Shown here one piece after another: positions 23,667 through 32,499 of a stretch of DNA of 64,000 nucleotides (the stretch's first letter is position 1; the number at the start of each line of letters is the position of its first letter). The stretch covers positions 1 through 64,000 of the IMG/VR virus record IMGVR_UViG_3300020557_000008; one strand, given 5' to 3'. Under the pieces are notes generated by a model that saw only the letters and a list, made by a program, of their open reading frames with translations, was not told where the DNA came from and did no database searches. Made by a program: the position numbers and the translations under genes. This DNA is from an uncultured virus (IMG/VR IMGVR_UViG_3300020557_000008). Lineage: Duplodnaviria; Heunggongvirae; Uroviricota; Caudoviricetes.

Positions 23667-24129
23667 GGGCTACTTTCTTGATAAATGCAATATCTTCTGG
23701 ATGGACAATATAGTCGACAATGTTCCTATACCTCAAGAAGGATGCCCTGATGTTCCACGTCCTTTTGTTTTCGATTCCCCAAAAGCGTCCGACTATCGCC
23801 CTGACCTGTTCTGGGAATCCACCCCAAATCCCTTGTGGCTCAAACTCCAGGGAGTACAAAAAGCACTCTTGGCGGATAGGGCAAGAGCGGCACATCTCAA
23901 TGGCTTCTCTTCGCTTTGACACTTGGTCTTTTGTGTAGTGCCCGTTCACCTGAGAGGGGAAGAACATTGAGGTGTCTTGACCTTCGCAGGCGCCGCCGCG
24001 CGGCGCTTTCTGATTTCCTTCAACCAGATATTTGTTGTTCTGAAGAAACAGGTCTTGCGGTACCTGCATTCGAAACTTTGGGTCCGGGCTAAATGCTCCG
24101 TTTTCGCGCATTCGATTTTGTGTGGTCAT
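23575..24129 (-). CDS. whiB: WhiB-family transcription factor with C-terminal extension
   Basis: C...FFP...CRSCPIRQEC...GIWGG. Confidence 0.9.
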   Translation of the reverse strand: MTTQNRMRENGAFSPDPKFRMQVPQDLFLQNNKYLVEGNQKAPRGGACEGQDTSMFFPSQVNGHYTKDQVSKRREAIEMCRSCPIRQECFLYSLEFEPQGIWGGFPEQVRAIVGRFWGIENKRTWNIRASFLRYRNIVDYIVHPEDIAFIKKVAHDKNLAQPPFDERSGLSATARRRISQGLVD

Positions 24130-24356
24130 TATTCTTCTTCCTTATCGTTGGATTGTTGGCCATTACCATACGACCATGTATGTCGTTCTTCCAACATCAA
24201 TACGGCAATTTTGAACACGACATCTTCTTCGTCGGTAAAGATTCCGTTTGATGTGCAGAGATGATGTATTTCCTGGCTTCTCAGCATCTGGCACTCACTG
24301 GGGTCAAGTGAGTGGCGCTGGAGAGTGTGAGTTAGTACAACCGCCGAGGCGTACAT
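24129..24356 (-). CDS. Hypothetical protein (start uncertain)
   Basis: ORF in operon. Confidence 0.55.
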   Translation of the reverse strand: MYASAVVLTHTLQRHSLDPSECQMLRSQEIHHLCTSNGIFTDEEDVVFKIAVLMLEERHTWSYGNGQQSNDKEEE

Positions 24357-24610
24357 GCGCTGCCAGTATTTCGCGCTGCCGCCTTCAGAACTAAAGGGGA
24401 TACCACCCTCTTTGAATACAAATCGATGACGTTGTCCCAAGTTTCTTCTGATGGTGCGGGGAATCCTGCTTCGTTGGCAATTTTCGCACGGTACTTGATT
24501 GACATATTTTTTACATTGAATAAGTGAAGTCCGAGTTGTTCAATTCGGTCAACAATTCTTACTGCCTTGTAGAATCGGTTTTGACGCCGATATGGGTTTG
24601 GTTCAGTCAC
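24332..24610 (-). CDS. Hypothetical protein (...PSEETW)
   Basis: GAAAGGAAG RBS before GTG. Confidence 0.65.
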   Translation of the reverse strand: MTEPNPYRRQNRFYKAVRIVDRIEQLGLHLFNVKNMSIKYRAKIANEAGFPAPSEETWDNVIDLYSKRVVSPLVLKAAARNTGSACTPRRLY

Positions 24611-24800
24611 TGAATGGGACTTCCTTTCGTAACGCCCATACGCTAGTGCTTGACTTTGGCTTCTCAAAATCCTTTGTCTTGTTTTTCAATTCCTCGTGCT
24701 CAGCCAAGAGAGCGCCGAAAGATAGAGAAACTACCGCAAGCATTGACATCAATAAAATTGCGCCGAACCATCCAAGGATGGCAGCAACCATCCAAAACAT
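24603..24800 (-). CDS. Small membrane protein
   Basis: Hydrophobic N-terminus. Confidence 0.65.
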   Translation of the reverse strand: MFWMVAAILGWFGAILLMSMLAVVSLSFGALLAEHEELKNKTKDFEKPKSSTSVWALRKEVPFSD

Positions 24801-24802
24801 AT

Positions 24803-25087
24803 TTACTCCAGAGGTGCGCGACCACCAGCAACGATTTTGCGGGCAAGCGCAACCATCTGCTGGATGAGTGGCTTTGATACGGTGAGTTCGCCAGCCATTT
24901 CAGAGTAAGAAAGTCCTTCTGCGTCTGCTCCGCCAAATTCGCATGACTCTTTGATTGCAAGAGCGCGCTGCTCGATGATGTTGCGACGGATTTCTGCAAC
25001 TGCAGGGAGAAGTTCAAAATGAAGAACGCGAGCGCGCTCGACTGGGTCAGAAATCTTTGTGACCTCTTTTAGTTTGTTCTCAATCAT
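24803..25087 (-). CDS. HTH DNA-binding protein
   Basis: GLSYSEMAGELTVSKPLIQQMV. Confidence 0.7.
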   Translation of the reverse strand: MIENKLKEVTKISDPVERARVLHFELLPAVAEIRRNIIEQRALAIKESCEFGGADAEGLSYSEMAGELTVSKPLIQQMVALARKIVAGGRAPLE

Positions 25088-25090
25088 GTC

Positions 25091-25465
25091 CTACTCCAAC
25101 TCGATAATTTCTATAGTCGCCTTACTCTCGCCAGAGATGACCGGCGCCTCGAATATCAGTCTACGCACAGTATCCGGTCCATCGCCAGTAAGGATGCCGG
25201 CATCTACGAGCCCGTCAATCATGGCTTTTGCTACTGGGAAGTGCCCACCAGTGTCTGCTAGGCCCCGTTTGTTCACACGGTGGGGGGTGAAGCGGACCTC
25301 GATTGCCGTCATCTTGGGAATCTTGCGGGCAATGGCAGACACGCAGGCGGCCTCACGCCATTCCTTGACCTTCTTGGCGCGGGTGAAGTGATGAAGCGTG
25401 CGTTCTTTGTTGAGGGTCCACATTTCACCCCAAACCTCAAGCGTGTAGGTCTTTGGCTTCTTCAT
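25091..25465 (-). CDS. RusA-like Holliday junction resolvase
   Basis: D...KAMIDGLVDAGILTGD. Confidence 0.65.
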   Translation of the reverse strand: MKKPKTYTLEVWGEMWTLNKERTLHHFTRAKKVKEWREAACVSAIARKIPKMTAIEVRFTPHRVNKRGLADTGGHFPVAKAMIDGLVDAGILTGDGPDTVRRLIFEAPVISGESKATIEIIELE

Positions 25466-26181
25466 TTGAATGCCACCCAACCAGCAAAGTTCAGGCACTG
25501 CCAGAAACGCTGCACATTGGTGAACCCAGCGTCTTTGAGCATCTGCTCGTTTTCTGAACCACGCAACGGGACGAGCACACCCTGAAGTGCCTTTCTCTTT
25601 TCCTCTATCTGTTCTTGTGTATAACCTTTATCGGCTTTGAATGTGTGATAAATGTCAACCAACAAATCCTGACAAAGCGGTGTCTCGCCAAGTATCTTCT
25701 CCACGAGAATAAACGCACCATTTAAGGACAAACCATTATGCACTTGCTGATAGAAGTTTTGGCGAATATCAAGGTGAATGAATTGCGCGGTGAGTACCGA
25801 CGTGATAAGCGAGTATTCGAGGGGCCGTATCTCGATATCGCTGACATCCGCACAAACAAAACGAACGTTGTTAAAGTTCCCAAAAAGTTTAGTAGCAGCG
25901 TCAATCATGGGCTGACTGGAGTCGACACCAACAGCGGTAGCCGGAACGTCGGCAGGAAGAGCGTCAAGGATTTGGTAGATAGTTTCACCACGGCTGCAAC
26001 CAATATCCAAAAAATTTGACACGTTCGCTGAGCAGAGAATCGGCGCAGCAACTCGCACAACAGAATCGCGCATGGTCTGATACCCAGGGATTGACCTAGA
26101 AATCATGTCGTCAAATACTTTTGTTACGCCTTCATCAAAGGCCCACTTGCCAGTTGGCTTGTAGTTATCGCGCTCGCTCAT
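25462..26181 (-). CDS. cmoA: CmoA-like carboxy-SAM synthase / SAM-dependent transferase
   Basis: WAFDEGVTKVFDDMISRSIPGY, LDIGCSRG, LTAQF, EKR.AL, FWQCLNF all match CmoA signatures. Confidence 0.8.
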   Translation of the reverse strand: MSERDNYKPTGKWAFDEGVTKVFDDMISRSIPGYQTMRDSVVRVAAPILCSANVSNFLDIGCSRGETIYQILDALPADVPATAVGVDSSQPMIDAATKLFGNFNNVRFVCADVSDIEIRPLEYSLITSVLTAQFIHLDIRQNFYQQVHNGLSLNGAFILVEKILGETPLCQDLLVDIYHTFKADKGYTQEQIEEKRKALQGVLVPLRGSENEQMLKDAGFTNVQRFWQCLNFAGWVAFK

Positions 26182-27725
26182 AACTTCATTCCCAAGCGCT
26201 TGGAAAATGCTGCCTTTGCCTCTTCTGCCATTCCGAGTCGGCGTCCTTCTGGATGCGGGACATTGAACTCAAACTCAATAGCGGCGCGCAATTCGTCTTC
26301 CCCAATTTGCCTAGCGTTAAACCCGACTGCCTGCACCAGTCCGTTCTTTGCGGTCAAGAACGTAAGAACCTGTTTATAGCCGTGAGAGATAAGAGCACCA
26401 AACTCTGTTTCGGTGTGGTACTTCTGGACCTTTGGCTTTAGCGCTATATCGGAGATGATGATGCGTGGCTCATAATCAAGGGCAAATCCGTTGCTTGATG
26501 TGTCGTGACCCTTCTTTAAATCACCACGAGTGTGATTGAACCAGCGGTCTGACTCCGTGCAGATTGCGGCTGTATGGAGTTTTGTATGCGGCGAAGATAG
26601 GGCGGCAACGATTGCGATGACGTGTTTACGGTCCTGGAGAAACGGAATGCTATTGAATACCGAGGCAATGAAGATGCTGTCCCATTCCGTACCGTCAGCC
26701 ACGCGTTCTAGGAATTTTGCTGTTAGTTCGCGCGCTGCGTCGGTATCAATAGTTTCGTTATCTTTTGCAAGGAAGAATGGCTCAAATGCAACCGCATCCA
26801 CTCCCATGTTCTTGAGAATCTCTGTTTTATCGCAAAGGCCTGCACCGAAGTCGATGACATGATTGCCGTAGTAGTCCTTCCACAACTCAACGTGACGTGG
26901 ATTGTTTAGGTCAAATGCGCCGTTGCGATTGCCGGAGTTGATGAAGTGGCGGAGAAAGTCCTCCAAGAACGTCGGGGTGAGAATCTGGACTCGCTGATTC
27001 TTGCGCCGGAAAGAGTTGTAGCGCAGAAGGTCTTCGTAGCGCTCTTGAATGTTGTAGTCCATTGTGAGAAGGTTCAGCATCGCACGAACTTCTTCGGCAA
27101 TTTCTGGCGCCACCTGAACCGTCTGTACGGTGTCTTCGTTTACCGATATCGCGTAGGTCAATCGAGCGAGGCCATTGAGAACCTTGTAATCAGTTGTGCA
27201 GATAACGGGCATTTGCGGGAGGCCGTTTGTCTTCAACTGGGCTGCCATTGCAACTGCGTGTTGTTCTGGCCATTTGCCGTTTAGTTGGATGAGCCTGAGC
27301 GTAGAGACTGGCTTGGTCTTCAGTACTGGATACCATTCCGGAGAATCAACAGGGATGTCCGGGAGCATCTTGATTTTCTCAAGGTCTCCAAGTTTTGTCA
27401 TCAGGTCATCTTTGAGTTCTGTGGTCGAACGGGTTTTGTACATGTCGTTCGTGGCGCGGTTGTATAAAACGTTGATTCCCATGCGTCGCTCAATCTTGAA
27501 CGTGGGCACCCGCACAACGGGAACCATCGTGGCTCCCATGTTCGTAGCAACCATGTGGCGCTGGTGACCACTGAGAATCTCGCCATCTTTGTCTGCGTAG
27601 ATGGGCAGCAGCCAGCCAAACTTACGCAGCGATAATTCGACAAGTTCCAGCCTCTCTGCATCCGCTTTGCGCGGGTTGTATGCAGATGGCCTTAAGTCTG
27701 TTACTGGCGTAAGAACTGGCTTCAT
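26178..27725 (-). CDS. ParB/Srx-like domains fused to a Rossmann methyltransferase-like domain
   Basis: YNPRK...LSGHQR; second VLNGLAR; VIDFGAG motif I; IFIASVFNSIP motif-IV-like. Confidence 0.75.
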   Translation of the reverse strand: MKPVLTPVTDLRPSAYNPRKADAERLELVELSLRKFGWLLPIYADKDGEILSGHQRHMVATNMGATMVPVVRVPTFKIERRMGINVLYNRATNDMYKTRSTTELKDDLMTKLGDLEKIKMLPDIPVDSPEWYPVLKTKPVSTLRLIQLNGKWPEQHAVAMAAQLKTNGLPQMPVICTTDYKVLNGLARLTYAISVNEDTVQTVQVAPEIAEEVRAMLNLLTMDYNIQERYEDLLRYNSFRRKNQRVQILTPTFLEDFLRHFINSGNRNGAFDLNNPRHVELWKDYYGNHVIDFGAGLCDKTEILKNMGVDAVAFEPFFLAKDNETIDTDAARELTAKFLERVADGTEWDSIFIASVFNSIPFLQDRKHVIAIVAALSSPHTKLHTAAICTESDRWFNHTRGDLKKGHDTSSNGFALDYEPRIIISDIALKPKVQKYHTETEFGALISHGYKQVLTFLTAKNGLVQAVGFNARQIGEDELRAAIEFEFNVPHPEGRRLGMAEEAKAAFSKRLGMKL

Positions 27726-29044
27726 TATTCTCCGTTTGCTCTACGCGGGCTGACTTTCTTTGAGCGTCGCTGTCGTGTAGAAACCCATGCATCGTTCTGA
27801 ATATCAAGAAGAGAGACGATTCCTGCGCATACTTCGTCGTATGAGTATCCAAACTCAACGAACATTGCCTCTTCCCAATCCTCGTAAAAGTTCGGCGCCA
27901 TCTTGAATTCCCACTTACCGATAATCGCAGTCACGTTTCTTGGCTTGTCGTTCTTTTCCTTAACCGGCTTTTCTTTGATGCCCCAACCGGCGACCTCATG
28001 CATCAGTTCATCTAGGTCATCTCCTGTGTATCCAGTTCCGTCAAACACCGGGAGGGACTGAAGAATCTCTGCAAGTTCTACGTGGTCGTACGAGCCAAGG
28101 TCGGCAGTTTTGTTATCAACCAGGACAATCTTTGCCGCAGATTCTTCATCACAGTCAACAAATGTTGTGGCGATTTGCTTCCAGCCAAGCATCTTGGCGG
28201 CTTTCCATGTGTGATTGCCAACGAGAATCGAGTTATCTCGCTTGTTCACCACAATTGGCCTGAACTGACCGTTCTTGCTCAGAGACTCTGCAATAAGGCC
28301 GATATCGCCCTGTCGTGCATTCATCGGGTATGGGAAAACACTGTTGATATCCACGTTCTCAGTGGACAGCATGACTGAGTGCATTTGCTGCCTGTCGATG
28401 TTGCGCTTTTGACGCTTGGGCTTTGATTTTTCCGGCGGCAAATGATTCACATCCGAAAGACGCAAACGCTTCTTGAGTTCCACAAGAACCTTGTCCTCAT
28501 CTCCAACCTTTCCAATAAGGTCATCTGCCCAATCGGAATAAACATCGTCATCCACAAGAATTCTGTAACTGCCCACGCAAACGCGAATCTCTTTGCCGAC
28601 AGCGCCTGTTCTATCCCGATTCGGCGCTTCGAATTCTCCGTCACCACTAATCAGCGCCTCAAGTTGGTCGAGGTCAACTTGCTGGAATCCAGTTCCCTCC
28701 AAGGTTGAAAGCGACTGAAGAAGGTCAAGCAATTTTGAATCGTCGTATGACGACATGTCGGATGTTCTGTTGTCTGCAAGGACAATCTTCTGTGCACCGT
28801 AGTCGTCCACGTCCACAAACGAAGCAGAGATGTGAGTCCACCCAAGGCTTCTAGCGGCTCTCCATGTGTGGTTTCCGGCAAGAATCGTGTTATCGCGCTT
28901 GTTGACGACAATCGGCTTGTATTGTCCGTTGACCTGCAGCGATTGAGCAATAGCCTCAACATCTCCACGCCGTGGATTCTTTGGGTATGGCTTTACGCTG
29001 GTGATTTCAACAACTTCAGTATTTACCTTGATATTGTCCGACAT
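27725..29044 (-). CDS. Tandem ParB/Srx-like domain protein
   Basis: Two repeats of YP.N.R.GD...GQ..PIVVN...GNHTW.AA...VL.DN. Confidence 0.85.
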   Translation of the reverse strand: MSDNIKVNTEVVEITSVKPYPKNPRRGDVEAIAQSLQVNGQYKPIVVNKRDNTILAGNHTWRAARSLGWTHISASFVDVDDYGAQKIVLADNRTSDMSSYDDSKLLDLLQSLSTLEGTGFQQVDLDQLEALISGDGEFEAPNRDRTGAVGKEIRVCVGSYRILVDDDVYSDWADDLIGKVGDEDKVLVELKKRLRLSDVNHLPPEKSKPKRQKRNIDRQQMHSVMLSTENVDINSVFPYPMNARQGDIGLIAESLSKNGQFRPIVVNKRDNSILVGNHTWKAAKMLGWKQIATTFVDCDEESAAKIVLVDNKTADLGSYDHVELAEILQSLPVFDGTGYTGDDLDELMHEVAGWGIKEKPVKEKNDKPRNVTAIIGKWEFKMAPNFYEDWEEAMFVEFGYSYDEVCAGIVSLLDIQNDAWVSTRQRRSKKVSPRRANGE

Positions 29045-29067
29045 GCGGACAAGTATAGTTCAGGTAT

Positions 29068-29436
29068 TTACTTGGGAGCGGACAGCCCTGCTCGTATCTC
29101 AGCGATGATTGCAGAGATTCTTTGCCTGTCCTCTTCGGTTTCGGGCTTCTCAAGCGCCTTACGCTCTGAGTCACGACGCTCTTTTTCGAGCCAAATTCGA
29201 TGTTCATGAAGGGGCGCGATTGCTTCCCTAAATTCAGCCCAAGATGGGAAGAATTTGCTGTGGTCTTCAATCTTCTTTACTGCGCGTCGCGCATCCTCAA
29301 AATGGAATATTTCCAGATTTTGTTCCCAACGACGAACCTCTTCTACTACAAGATTCTTTGAAGGAAAACAAATGTTGAGTTCCGCGATAATTGCGTCTGC
29401 TTGGTCAGGTGTCATTTTGTGTAACTGTTTCTCCAT
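29068..29436 (-). CDS. Hypothetical protein (helicase loader/inhibitor-like)
   Basis: W...L......A..AV......FFPSWAEF pattern; lies downstream of the initiator gene. Confidence 0.55.
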   Translation of the reverse strand: MEKQLHKMTPDQADAIIAELNICFPSKNLVVEEVRRWEQNLEIFHFEDARRAVKKIEDHSKFFPSWAEFREAIAPLHEHRIWLEKERRDSERKALEKPETEEDRQRISAIIAEIRAGLSAPK

Positions 29437-29705
29437 TGGCTTGGCGAATGAGCATCCTCAACCGCCTTTTTGTGGGTGTCATCTTGGTAGAGGCGAATCA
29501 TATGCATGCATGGGTCATTGGATTCAAACTCCTCAATTTCGTCTTCCGACATTGGCAGTCCATCGTGGGTATAGCAGACCGGAGGACCGCACCAACCGCG
29601 GCTGATACCAAAGGCCATCCAATCGTCAAACGATGTTTCGCCAGGGATTGGATTTCTACCAACTCCTAGGTAATTCTTTTCGGGGTCATAAAATGACTCA
29701 GACAT
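29412..29705 (-). CDS. Hypothetical protein (GWCGPPVCYTHDG)
   Basis: ORF in operon. Confidence 0.7.
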   Translation of the reverse strand: MSESFYDPEKNYLGVGRNPIPGETSFDDWMAFGISRGWCGPPVCYTHDGLPMSEDEIEEFESNDPCMHMIRLYQDDTHKKAVEDAHSPSQWRNSYTK

Positions 29706-30366
29706 TCAACTCACCTTTCACTGTTACTGTTTCGGACAGGCGTTGCTCGCGCGCAGCCTTGATTGCGTTCCAGCCTTTAGGTACGACTCCATTGAGGCCG
29801 TTCATTGGCTGATTTGCTGGGTCACACTCTGACCAGCGATTCACAAGCGCAGACGGTGTCATCGTTGCGTTTGGAAACTTTTGTCTATAAATAGCGGCTC
29901 TTGCCTGAATGTCTTCAGGCGTAGCCTCGCACTCATTGAGCACTCGTACCATTCGCCCATAGCGAGATGCCTCAGAAGAGTTCACTTTGTCTGGGTTTAC
30001 GTTGCAGACAACCAAGAGCGTGTCCCAAATTGGGTTTCTTTCGCGCTTGGAAACTGCCTTTTTCTTCTGTGGGGCAACAACCTCAACTTCCGTAGAGATG
30101 GAAGCCTTTTTGTGAGTCACAATTTTGTAGAGGCTTGAGGTTCCATGACGCTTTACTACTTCAAGTTCGCCAAGGGCCACCAAGTCCTGCAAACGGCGCT
30201 TCACCGTTCGCTCAGACACATTTGCGCGCCTAGCAATAACGCTGATGCGCGGAAAAGCATCCTCACCTTCGCTATTGCAATGGTCTGCAATAACCAAAAG
30301 GATTAGGCGCTCAATGCCTTGAGCCTTTGAGTTCTCAAAGACCCAGTCCATGATTTTAATTGACAT
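29698..30366 (-). CDS. HTH replication initiator-like protein
   Basis: RLILLVIADHCN...FPRISVIARRANVSERTVKRRLQDL. Confidence 0.8.
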   Translation of the reverse strand: MSIKIMDWVFENSKAQGIERLILLVIADHCNSEGEDAFPRISVIARRANVSERTVKRRLQDLVALGELEVVKRHGTSSLYKIVTHKKASISTEVEVVAPQKKKAVSKRERNPIWDTLLVVCNVNPDKVNSSEASRYGRMVRVLNECEATPEDIQARAAIYRQKFPNATMTPSALVNRWSECDPANQPMNGLNGVVPKGWNAIKAAREQRLSETVTVKGELNV

Positions 30367-30531
30367 TCTTCCTCGCTGATTCTGTTGCTATCCGAACTAA
30401 TGACTGCGCAATGACCTCTCGACTGTACCGGAGTGCGGAAGCAATACCGTGTATTGAGGGCGTCTTTTTTGCTTTGCGCAAGTACTGAAAAACCGTTATA
30501 TCCACAATATCTGGATTGTCGCGTGTAGGAA

Positions 30532-31074
30532 TCATTGTTTCTTCCTAATCGAAACCCGCTCACTCTTTTCTACTTCACAAAAATCGTCTGGGTTGAGGCC
30601 CGGAATCATTGCCCGCAAGGCAGTGACACGCCAGTCGGCGACTCGCGCCGCCTTCGTTACGTGGTCAACGACAGTGTCAATAAGTGGCTTTGCCACCGTT
30701 GATAGGTCGATTACTTCGCCAGTGGCTGGGTCAACGACAATTGATGATTCCTCAGCAAGAGCCTTGTTTACTACAGCCTCAAGAAGAACCTGATGGTCCC
30801 AATTCTTTCTGGTTGAAGCAATTTTTCGCTCAGCGGTGTAACTGCCACGCTCAAGGAACTTATCGCCGTTCATCCTCATGTGCTCGGTAAGAAGAGCATT
30901 AAGTTTGCCTTCCACATCACGAACAATGTGCTTTAGTTCGCCAATGTGGACGAGCGTGTCAAACACCTCGTCCTGATTGATTTCTTCTGCTCCACGCTCA
31001 ATTCTGGCAATTGTCTTGCCAAGCGAGTCAGAAAGTGTTTCTGATACTGAATCAATTACTTCGTGCATTTGCAT
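30532..31074 (-). CDS. Hypothetical protein
   Basis: ORF in recombination operon. Confidence 0.75.
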   Translation of the reverse strand: MQMHEVIDSVSETLSDSLGKTIARIERGAEEINQDEVFDTLVHIGELKHIVRDVEGKLNALLTEHMRMNGDKFLERGSYTAERKIASTRKNWDHQVLLEAVVNKALAEESSIVVDPATGEVIDLSTVAKPLIDTVVDHVTKAARVADWRVTALRAMIPGLNPDDFCEVEKSERVSIRKKQ

Positions 31075-31075
31075 T

Positions 31076-31423
31076 TCACTCTCTCCAAACGTTGATTTTT
31101 AAACCTGGTTGATTGACATTTGTGCTTGATACGACAATGGAATGGACGGATGCATTCCATTTTTCTCCAGCATCAAGTTTTGGCGCCATGATTAACGCAA
31201 TAAGTCGTGGCAAATGGCCAATCGTGCCATTTGCTGTGTCCACGCGAATTGAGTTTTCGTCGTGCTCGTTGTCGGGCTCACGCACCAAGGAGCACGGAGC
31301 ATTCATGACTGCCGTATCTTTGGCAAGTGCATAAATGTTTTCCGGATAGTCCTTGGAGAACGATACCCCTACAACTTTGGTGACGAATTGTTCTGGCATT
31401 GTTCCGTCGATGTACGACGTCAT
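31076..31423 (-). CDS. HIRAN-domain protein
   Basis: KVVGVSF...LVREPDNEHDENSIRV...IGHLPR. Confidence 0.85.
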   Translation of the reverse strand: MTSYIDGTMPEQFVTKVVGVSFSKDYPENIYALAKDTAVMNAPCSLVREPDNEHDENSIRVDTANGTIGHLPRLIALIMAPKLDAGEKWNASVHSIVVSSTNVNQPGLKINVWRE

Positions 31424-32268
31424 TCAGTTTCCGAAGCAGCCTCGAATACCTGAACCATCTTGTCGTACTCTTGCTCGCTCAACTCAGCAGGCCAAGTTGT
31501 TGGGTCACCAAGTTGCTCGCGAACAATTTCCTGAATCCGAGGCGAGGAAAAATCAAACATTGACTTAACAGCCATGACGTCAATCTTTCCGTCATCATCT
31601 TTCTTGTTTGCACGGATGCCTTCAAGTGTGATGATGAGGGTGTTCAATTCGGCTTTCTGCATGGGCCAAGCGCGATTGTTGAGTTTTTCATGCGCGTCAC
31701 GCAGTGTCTCAAGGTCATCTGGGGAAAGGTCTGAGCAAGACTGCTTGAACAATCGGTGCGCCTCTTCGCGCTCAGTGTCTGAGCGCCAATCCATAAGCGG
31801 CTTTACTGGCTGTTCTTTTGACTCAATCGGGAGTTGTGGCTGTGTCAGCGCAACGCCAGCGACAACGGATTTGGTCTCAGTCTGTGGCGCTTGCTTTGGC
31901 GGTGTGGGAGTTGCACTTCCAGTTGCTTCGCGAAAACGCATCCACACCTTGAGGTCGTTCATGTTGTCTGGGTAGCCAGCCTTCTTTAGTGCTCGCCCCA
32001 TTGCCTTTGAGCAAAGGACGTTCCACGAATCGGTATCGCGACCTTTAGCGTCAGAAAGGGTCTTGTAGCCAATCATTTGGCGCTCGTCACCAGAGAAGCG
32101 AGTGATGGTCGCAATACATACCTTCTCGTCTTTCTTGGAAAACGATGAGGGGATTCCGGCTTCGCCAGCGGTCCCTTCCGAGAATTCGACAGTGGCATCA
32201 GGCCAATCTGCCTTGAACATTGCCCACCTCAGTGAAGTGGAGATGTAATCGTCAAAGTTTATGGGCAT
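31420..32268 (-). CDS. Putative ssDNA-annealing/recombination protein
   Basis: FDDY...R...F..DWP N-terminus and SKAMGRAL...GY; position in operon. Confidence 0.5.
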   Translation of the reverse strand: MPINFDDYISTSLRWAMFKADWPDATVEFSEGTAGEAGIPSSFSKKDEKVCIATITRFSGDERQMIGYKTLSDAKGRDTDSWNVLCSKAMGRALKKAGYPDNMNDLKVWMRFREATGSATPTPPKQAPQTETKSVVAGVALTQPQLPIESKEQPVKPLMDWRSDTEREEAHRLFKQSCSDLSPDDLETLRDAHEKLNNRAWPMQKAELNTLIITLEGIRANKKDDDGKIDVMAVKSMFDFSSPRIQEIVREQLGDPTTWPAELSEQEYDKMVQVFEAASETE

Positions 32269-32325
32269 ACGCCCTCCTAACTTGTTTGTGGTTTATTCGG
32301 TTGCGAACACTATACAGGGGGTGTT

Positions 32326-32496
32326 CTAGTTTTGCAACTCTCCGCCATCGGTAATCGAATTTTGCTGATTTTGCTCCTGAAATGCAGCAATTGTGGCCTT
32401 GAGGATTGCATTTTCCCGAACCAAGTTTGCTATCTGCATGGTGAGTTCGCCGATAACACGATTCACATCTGGGGCAATCTGACTTGAAGGGCTCAT
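32326..32496 (-). CDS. Small coiled-coil protein (56 aa)
   Basis: Read manually: MSPSSQIAPDVNRVIGELTMQIANLVRENAILKA... Confidence 0.65.
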   Translation of the reverse strand: MSPSSQIAPDVNRVIGELTMQIANLVRENAILKATIAAFQEQNQQNSITDGGELQN

Positions 32497-32499
32497 GAT

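Noticed and set aside
26178..29044. ParABS partition system
   Set aside because: No ParA and no GTTTCACGTGAAAC parS seen; the ParB-like domains lack an evident HTH and sit with a transferase.
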